A stretch of 64,000 nt of DNA from Dehalococcoidia bacterium (GTDB lineage Bacteria; Chloroflexota; Dehalococcoidia; SHYM01): positions 2,831-66,830 of the forward strand of contig SHYM01000001.1 of NCBI GenBank assembly GCA_009692805.1. Direction: 5' to 3'. Under the pieces are notes generated by a model, which saw only the letters and a program-made list of their open reading frames with translations, did no database searches and had not been told where the DNA came from. The translations under genes and the position numbers were made by a program. Each line of letters starts with the position of its first letter. The stretch's first letter is position 1. Below are positions 58,121 through 64,000 of this stretch, in pieces.

Positions 58121-58459
58121 CGGCTTACCAGGTGCGCGCGGTCCCTGGGCGGCGGCCGCTCCGCCTGGCGCACGCTTCTCGGCCTCCACTTGTTGCTTAA
58201 ACTGCTCGATGAATAGCCGCATGTTGTAGCCGCTACGCTTGGAGGCCCGATGGACGGCGGCGAGGGCTAGCTCTGGGGAGACGCTGAAGCGCTGGGCGAC
58301 CTCCGCCAGACCCTCGGCTACCCCTTTCTCCTTCAGCTCTAGCTCGAGGAGGGCGAATTCCTCGCGCAGGTGGCGGATGTAATCGTAGCGGGCCTCCTGG
58401 GGCTTCTGGGACTTCTGCTCGACCACTCTGGCTCCTACTCTGCCGTGATCGCCCGCCAC
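58115..58459 (-). CDS. Hypothetical protein (start uncertain)
   Basis: Charged helical ORF directly downstream of the NorD-like gene. Confidence 0.6.
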   Translation of the reverse strand: MAGDHGRVGARVVEQKSQKPQEARYDYIRHLREEFALLELELKEKGVAEGLAEVAQRFSVSPELALAAVHRASKRSGYNMRLFIEQFKQQVEAEKRAPGGAAAAQGPRAPGKPG

Positions 58460-58477
58460 GCCCGCGCCGGCGAGGGC

Positions 58478-61400
58478 CTACTGGGTGAGGCGCCGGTACA
58501 GGAAAGGCAGGCGTTTGGGCAAGCTATCGATGTCGGCAACAATCTCGTAGGCCATGTCCTTGCACATAGTTTTGAGGTAATCATGGCCAGCCTTATCCAC
58601 GGTGAGGCAGAAGGGGACGACGTTCTTGCGCCGGGCCTCCGTGAGCGCCATCTTGGTGTCGTGGATGGCGTACTCCTTCTCCATGCCATCGCGGCTATAG
58701 CCGTGGTCCTGAGGCCGGCCGTCGCTGATGAGGAAGAGGATCTTGGTCTTGGCGTCCTGGGCCGCCAGCTTAGCGGTGGCGTGGCGGATGGCGGGCCCCA
58801 TGCGGGTAGCGTGCATCGGTACGACCTTGTCGATGCGCCTCTTGACCCTATCGTTGAAGCCCTCGTTGATGTCCTTGATGACAAAGAACTCCACGTTCTC
58901 GCGGCCGTAGCCCGAGAAGCCGTAGATGCCGTAGGTGTCGCCCGTGGTTTCCAGGGCGCGGACCAGCAGGACCATGGACTCCTTCTCGATGTCTATGATC
59001 CGTTTGTACTGGCGCCGTGACTCTTCGGCCCGGCGCGCCTTAAGCCACTCCAGGTACTGACGCGGGTCGTCGGGGAAGTCCCAGTCCTGGGACTCTTTGC
59101 GCCGCTCCTCTACCGCCTCTGCCGTGGAGGCGCTCATGTCCAGCAGGAAGACCACGGCTACATCACGCTCCACCTTGTTGCGGCGCCAGTAGACCTTCTC
59201 GCTAGGGCTCTGGCCGACGCGGCGCATGATGATGGAGTCGATGACGGCGTCCAGGTCGAACTCCTCCCCGTCGGGCAGCCGCTTGATCTTGCGGAAGACC
59301 TCGGGGCTAATCAGCTCGAACTGACGCCGGACCTGGGCGGCCAGGATGGCGTGGCTTTCGAGGGTGCGGTCGTAGAATTCCACGCTCCCCTCCTCCACCA
59401 CCTTCTCGCGCACGGCACACCAGCGCGGCCGGTAGTCACCCGCGCGGAAGTCCCACTCATCGTAGAGGAAGGTCTGGGGATCGTGGATATCCAGGGGCTG
59501 GCCGTCGTCCTCCTCCTGGGAGCGCTTGCGCCGGGGTTGATGGGGAAGGGGAAAGAGGGGCTTCTGCTGGGCCATCTCGTCCATGATGTTGGAGACGAAC
59601 AGGCCGGCCGAGCGCTCCACCTCCCCCTCGGACATCTGCGAAATCTCGATCTCGGCGCTCTTCTCGGCCAGGGCCTGCAGGGCCTCCGGTGTTAGCCCCT
59701 GCATCTGCTCCTGGCCCTCCTGCTGGGCTCCTTCCCGCAGGCGGGCCAACAGCTGGACCAGCTCCGGCTTGAAGTCGCCCCGGAACTCTACCTGCTCAGG
59801 GCTCTCGTAGGGCTGCTGCTCCTGGGTGGAGCCGACCTGTTGGCTGGCAGACTCACCTAGCTGGCTCATGGCCTCCATGGAAAGGTCCATCTGCTCGCCC
59901 TGCTTATCCGGCTGGTCGAGGTCCATCTCCTCCCATTCATCGGGCGCCGCCGGGACGTTGGGGACCTGGGCCGCCAGGGCGTACAGGAGGATCGTCGCCT
60001 CGGTGCTGTCCTCGACCCGCCCCGTCTCCCCCTGGAGGTCGCGCAGGACCCTGCGCGCGGCGAGGACCAGCGTCCTGATGGCCTTGGGGACCAGCAGCCG
60101 CGCCCCGGCATGGAGGCTGGCCCGCACCAGGATCTCCACGAAGGCCTCCCGCAGCGGCTTCTCTTCAATGGCGGGCCGCTGCTCGATTTCGTCCCGCTGG
60201 ACCCGCTGGTAGGGGCGCCGGATACCCCCGTACTCGCGCTTGACCAGGGCGTCGATGCGGGTGTCTTCAGCGATGGTGAAGAGGTCCAGCGCGAGGCGCC
60301 GGTCTTCGAATAGGTCAAAGAATCGTTCCAGCGGGGTCAGGGGTTGGCGTTGGGCCTGTCCGGCGGCCTCGGCCAGCGCCGGCCGGAGGTTTTCGAACAG
60401 GCTGGCGGGGCGGTCGAAGGCGAAGTCGAAGGAGCCGAACTCCAGGTGGGCGGCCTGGTGGGTGGACATCACCTTGTACCAGCCGAAGTTTTCGGCCTTG
60501 GTGGAGTAGCGCTCCACCGCCGGGGGCAAGAAGACGGCGGTCCCCTCGGTGGAAGGGCGCTCCTGGGACACCCAGCCGATGCCCTTGTCGGTTAGGCTCT
60601 GGGTGGGCAAGAGCTGGACGTTTTTCCCCGTCAGGCCCTTGCAGTAGAGCCGCAGGACCTCCTTCACCCTGTCCAGCTCCACGGTGCTGGACAGGGTCTC
60701 CAACACCTGCTCCCCCCGGCTGGACTCCAGGCGGAAATAGGCCTCGCCGCCCTCTGGGTTCTCCGCCAGGATGCGCACGCCCTCCCGGTACCATGCCTCC
60801 AGGTCCTTGGCGCTCACCTTCTCCAGGACCTTGGGGGTGCTCTTGATGAACTCCAGGGCCGAGGGCGGCGACTGCTCCAGCAGATCGGCGTAGAGCTCAA
60901 GTATCCGGCCGTGGAGGGGGCTGTCCACCTCACCCAGCACCCGGGAGCCGTCCACGATGAAGGAGAGGGCCTGCCGGGCTGATAGCTCGGCGGTGTGCCG
61001 CCCGAGGCTGAAGAAGCGACCCCGCTGCCCCTTGTCCACCCTGGATACCACCCTGGGCCCGACCTCAAAGTAGGGCTTGGCATCCACCCAGTTGGCCTCG
61101 ACGATCATCAGGGCCAGGGAGAGGAATGCCGCCCGGTCTTCGCTTTCGATGGCGGGGAACACCTCCTCCGCCAGCGTCAGGCACTCCGTGGCGATATCGT
61201 AGGAACGGAAGGAGAGCTCCTCCAAGAAGGTGACGAAGCGCGCGGCCTCCTCCAGGGACAGGTCCTTGAACAGCCGCGGGCTCGCCTCGAAGAAGCGGCA
61301 GGCCAGGCTACCCGAGCGCCAGGTGCCCTTATAGAGCCGTCGGCCCAAGCTGACCCACTCGTCGAGCTGCATGGGGTTGATCTGGCCCAGGGTGCCCGGG

Positions 61401-61735
61401 CTGGCCCGGAAATAGGCGGCGGACACGGCGGAGGAGTCCTGGGCGATCTGTTTGCCCAAGCGCGCCCAGCGCAGCAGGTCCCGGAGCTCCAGCTGCTCCA
61501 CCAGGGGGAGGCTTGCCCGGTAGTACTCGGCGGCGGCCTCCCAGGAGCGAAAGGAATGGCCCGCCAGGGCCGCGCCCTCGCTAGCCCAGCTCCTGAAGTC
61601 CAGGGGCGACAGCCGCGCCCGGACCTGGGTGGAGACCCGCCCGAACTCGGTGGCCACGGCCGCGGGGAAGCGCTTTAGCTCGCTGTCCAGCTGCGTCAGG
61701 TACAGGTCCAGGTCGCGGTTGGCGGGCGTGGGCAT
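58478..61735 (-). CDS. Large NorD/CbbO-like VWA-domain protein
   Basis: HQAAHLEFGSF, EDTRID, YDEWDFRAGDYRPRWCAVRE, MIDAS DMSAS, TRMGPAIRHA, ISDGRPQD, PFCLTVD. Confidence 0.88.
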   Translation of the reverse strand: MPTPANRDLDLYLTQLDSELKRFPAAVATEFGRVSTQVRARLSPLDFRSWASEGAALAGHSFRSWEAAAEYYRASLPLVEQLELRDLLRWARLGKQIAQDSSAVSAAYFRASPGTLGQINPMQLDEWVSLGRRLYKGTWRSGSLACRFFEASPRLFKDLSLEEAARFVTFLEELSFRSYDIATECLTLAEEVFPAIESEDRAAFLSLALMIVEANWVDAKPYFEVGPRVVSRVDKGQRGRFFSLGRHTAELSARQALSFIVDGSRVLGEVDSPLHGRILELYADLLEQSPPSALEFIKSTPKVLEKVSAKDLEAWYREGVRILAENPEGGEAYFRLESSRGEQVLETLSSTVELDRVKEVLRLYCKGLTGKNVQLLPTQSLTDKGIGWVSQERPSTEGTAVFLPPAVERYSTKAENFGWYKVMSTHQAAHLEFGSFDFAFDRPASLFENLRPALAEAAGQAQRQPLTPLERFFDLFEDRRLALDLFTIAEDTRIDALVKREYGGIRRPYQRVQRDEIEQRPAIEEKPLREAFVEILVRASLHAGARLLVPKAIRTLVLAARRVLRDLQGETGRVEDSTEATILLYALAAQVPNVPAAPDEWEEMDLDQPDKQGEQMDLSMEAMSQLGESASQQVGSTQEQQPYESPEQVEFRGDFKPELVQLLARLREGAQQEGQEQMQGLTPEALQALAEKSAEIEISQMSEGEVERSAGLFVSNIMDEMAQQKPLFPLPHQPRRKRSQEEDDGQPLDIHDPQTFLYDEWDFRAGDYRPRWCAVREKVVEEGSVEFYDRTLESHAILAAQVRRQFELISPEVFRKIKRLPDGEEFDLDAVIDSIIMRRVGQSPSEKVYWRRNKVERDVAVVFLLDMSASTAEAVEERRKESQDWDFPDDPRQYLEWLKARRAEESRRQYKRIIDIEKESMVLLVRALETTGDTYGIYGFSGYGRENVEFFVIKDINEGFNDRVKRRIDKVVPMHATRMGPAIRHATAKLAAQDAKTKILFLISDGRPQDHGYSRDGMEKEYAIHDTKMALTEARRKNVVPFCLTVDKAGHDYLKTMCKDMAYEIVADIDSLPKRLPFLYRRLTQ

Positions 61736-62301
61736 CAGCCGTACACCAGGTCCAGGAACTGCTTGGGGATCCGCGCGGTGGCGCCCCAGATCACGTTTCC
61801 GCCGTAGAGATACGAGGGCGTGGCATAGCTGCCAGCGCGCGCCGGCAAGTCCACCCGCACGTTCGCGGGGTCTCGCAGGATCGCCACCGGCACCTCCGGC
61901 ACCTCCAGCACCTCCGCGATCTCGATCGCGCTGGGCTGAAAGCTATAGGAGTGCGAGATGGTGCCCACAAAGGGCGCGGTGATAAAGCGCGAGGAGAGGG
62001 TGCTGATGTCGTCCAACTCGCCCAGCACTTCTACATCAGGCGTCCTCACCCCCAACTCCTCCGCGGTCTCTCGTAGGGCGGTGGCGAGGATGCTGTCATC
62101 CTCAGGGTCCCTGGCCCCGCCGGGGAAGGAGATCTCTCCTTTGTGGTGCTCCACCCGGCTGGTGCGCTTGGTGAACAGGATGTGGTCTGCGCCCGCCTTC
62201 TGGTAGTGGAGGAGCAGCACCCCAGCGTGGGCGTAGCCGTCCCGGCTGGGTAAGGACACCTTTTGCCGCGACCCTAGGGCCGCCCGTATCTTGTCTTTCA
62301 T
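61735..62301 (-). CDS. NUDIX hydrolase, CoA pyrophosphatase type
   Basis: LFTKR....HKGEISFPGG..DPED.....TALRETAEELG, IWGATA; stop overlaps the next start (TGATG). Confidence 0.9.
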   Translation of the reverse strand: MKDKIRAALGSRQKVSLPSRDGYAHAGVLLLHYQKAGADHILFTKRTSRVEHHKGEISFPGGARDPEDDSILATALRETAEELGVRTPDVEVLGELDDISTLSSRFITAPFVGTISHSYSFQPSAIEIAEVLEVPEVPVAILRDPANVRVDLPARAGSYATPSYLYGGNVIWGATARIPKQFLDLVYG

Positions 62302-62363
62302 CGCCACCCCCGCCGACGGTGGATGCCTAATTATACACCTGCCAAAGCAGGGCTGGGCCAGAC

Positions 62364-63245
62364 TTAAGAGGCCGTCTGCGCTGCGCTCGCCTCGCCCCCA
62401 GCGCGCCCTGAGCGCAGGCCTAGGTGGTGTTGTGGCACCTCGGGCTGGCACTGGCGGCAGAAGCTGGTGACCCGCTCGCGCACGGCGATCTCAGAGATGG
62501 TATGGCTGCAGCGCGGGCAGGGTTCGCCTCCCTTGCGGTGCACGCGCAAGAAGTCCCGGATTTTTCTATCGATGTCGCAGCGCATCTCCTCGCCCACGAT
62601 CCCGATGGCCCAGCGCAGCACGCTCCCGATGGCGCTGTGAAGCCGCTCCACCTCCTCCACGCTAAGGGAGGCGGCGTTCTTGTGGGGGTGGACCCGGGCC
62701 TCCCAGAGGATCTCGTCGGCGTAGGCGTTGCCGATGCCGGCGATGAACTCCGCGTCGGTGAGGATGGGCTTAACCATCCCCCGCCGCTTCCGCAGCCGCT
62801 CCTGGAACTCCAGCAGTGACATCTCCAGGGCGTCGGGCCCCATCTTGGAGAAGTTGGGGATGAGGTCTAGCCGATCGGCGGGCACCAGGTACACCTTGCC
62901 CATGCTCTTTTGGTCGTAGTAAAGGAGGTCGTGCCCATCGGCCAGGTGAAGGATGAAGTTGGTGCGCTTGTGCACCTTCTTGGGCTGCCCTTCCCGGTAC
63001 TGCAGACGACCGGTGAGCATGGAGTTGATGGCGAGGAGATGGCCGCTGCGCAGGCTGAACAGTAGGAACTTGCCTCGCCGGGCGATCGACTGCACGGCGT
63101 CGCCCTCCAGGGTGCGGACGAACTCCAGGGCCGTCGGGTAACGGATGACCCAACCCCGCGGCGTCTCCGCCCCCTGGACCGCCACTCCCAGGATGTGCTG
63201 TTCCAGGAAGCTTTTGACGTTCTCCAGGTCCGGGATCTCGGGCAC
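62364..63245 (-). CDS. mutM: Fpg/Nei family DNA glycosylase/AP lyase
   Basis: N-terminal PEIPD, RRGKFL, H2TH AGIGNAYADE, Zn finger CPRC..CRQC. Confidence 0.88.
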   Translation of the reverse strand: MPEIPDLENVKSFLEQHILGVAVQGAETPRGWVIRYPTALEFVRTLEGDAVQSIARRGKFLLFSLRSGHLLAINSMLTGRLQYREGQPKKVHKRTNFILHLADGHDLLYYDQKSMGKVYLVPADRLDLIPNFSKMGPDALEMSLLEFQERLRKRRGMVKPILTDAEFIAGIGNAYADEILWEARVHPHKNAASLSVEEVERLHSAIGSVLRWAIGIVGEEMRCDIDRKIRDFLRVHRKGGEPCPRCSHTISEIAVRERVTSFCRQCQPEVPQHHLGLRSGRAGGEASAAQTAS

Positions 63246-63346
63246 GAGTCACCTCACCTCGGCAGGTATCGGCTTGTCCGTGGCCCATAATAGCAGGAAC
63301 GGGCGTCACCTTAGGACTGGGACGGCGCTCCAAACATGGCCCCAGC

Positions 63347-63374
63347 GGGCCGTGCCAGCGCGCTGGCACGGCCC
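63347..63374. repeat. Perfect 28-bp palindrome
   Basis: gggccgtgccagcg|cgctggcacggccc with no spacer. Confidence 0.85.
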
Positions 63375-63382
63375 TGGTTCGC

Positions 63383-63412
63383 TTGACGCTGTTTCCTGGG
63401 GGACGGTATACT
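63383..63412 (+). promoter_or_regulatory. Promoter of the tRNA cluster
   Basis: TTGACG-18 nt-TATACT. Confidence 0.7.
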
Positions 63413-63430
63413 ACCGCGTGCTAACCGCAC

Positions 63431-63506
63431 AGGAGCGTAGCTCAGTTGGTAGAGCAGCGGTCTCCAAAACCGCCGGTCCGGGGTTCGAATCCTCGCGCTC
63501 CTGCCA
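63431..63506 (+). tRNA. tRNA-Trp(CCA)
   Basis: gcggt-CTCCAAA-accgc anticodon arm, GTTCGAATC, CCA end. Confidence 0.97.
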
Positions 63507-63526
63507 GGCGCTATAGCAGTTGGCCT

Positions 63527-63614
63527 GCCGAGGTGGTGGAACTAGGTAGACACGCTGTCTTGAGGGGGCAGTGGGGGTAACCCCATAGGAGTTCAAATCT
63601 CCTCCTCGGCACCA
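63527..63614 (+). tRNA. tRNA-Leu(GAG)
   Basis: ctgtc-TTGAGGG-ggcag arm, long variable arm, GTTCAAATC, CCA end. Confidence 0.95.
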
Positions 63615-63731
63615 GCAGCGATGTTACAATTCAAGGGGTCATGGTGGGAGCTGCCCGGGAATTGGGCAGCGGCCTGAGTACAACCTATCACTTGCTTTAC
63701 TCCAGGGTCGAAAGACCCTCTGGGATACGGG

Positions 63732-63806
63732 GCGGAAGTGGCTCAGCGGTAGAGCATCTCCTTGCCAAGGAGAGGGTCGCGGGTTCAAATCCCGTCTTCC
63801 GCTCCA
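63732..63806 (+). tRNA. tRNA-Gly(GCC)
   Basis: tctcc-TTGCCAA-ggaga arm, GTTCAAATC, CCA end. Confidence 0.97.
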
Positions 63807-63813
63807 ATTTCAT

Positions 63814-63889
63814 GGCGACGTAGCCAAGCGGTTAAGGCGGGGGTCTGCAAAACCCCTATGCAGCGGTTCGAATCCGCTCGTCGCCTCCA
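63814..63889 (+). tRNA. tRNA-Cys(GCA)
   Basis: ggggt-CTGCAAA-acccc arm, GTTCGAATC, TCCA end. Confidence 0.97.
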
Positions 63890-63944
63890 CGCTAACAATG
63901 GCCCAGGAGGAGGCGCCTGGGCGTTTGTTGTCTTCCCCCTCCCT

Positions 63945-64000
63945 GCCCAGGTGGCGGAACAGGCAGACGCGGCGGACTTAAAATCCGCTGGGCTACGGCC
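63945..64000 (+). tRNA. tRNA-Leu(TAA), 3' end cut by the window
   Basis: GCCCAGGTGGCGGAA..GGCAGACGC, gcgga-CTTAAAA-tccgc arm. Confidence 0.92.

Noticed and set aside
61887..61913. 9-bp duplication (EVPEVP) in the NUDIX gene as an inactivating lesion
   Set aside because: It is in frame, outside the NUDIX box, and coupling to the next gene is intact.

Overview
GC-rich bacterial chromosome segment. The gene content (orphan family-5 solute-binding lipoprotein, paired family III CoA-transferases, MaoC pair, NorD-like VWA protein, MshA/PIG-L cluster) suggests Chloroflexota, possibly Dehalococcoidia; this is inference only. In order, the window holds: an acyl-CoA catabolic cluster; a heterodimeric ABC exporter; tRNA-Asp; a CsoR-CopA-YHS copper operon; a pantothenate operon (P1/ThnT-like hydrolase, panG-like reductase, panD, panB, panC) behind a structured terminator-containing leader; a MazEF-like toxin-antitoxin pair; surE; an unexplained four-gene cluster (Cys-less OsmC, acyl-CoA-dehydrogenase-fold flavoprotein lacking both catalytic Glu, signal-less PhnD-fold protein, MetE-II Zn enzyme); lepB; tRNA-Lys; a TetR-led menFDH operon with convergent menC; an AAA+/VWA pair; mfd; frameshifted prfB; nfi; a thrC-folE-GNAT-mshA-like-2xPIG-L gene run; cinA; a NUDIX-NorD-like VWA unit; an Fpg/Nei glycosylase; and a five-tRNA cluster cut by the window end. 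A modular MITE-like family with GCTTTGCACnAAA-type inverted ends occupies six intergenic regions. No CRISPR array, rRNA, transposase or prophage was seen. All calls come from reading motifs by eye; no database searches were run.
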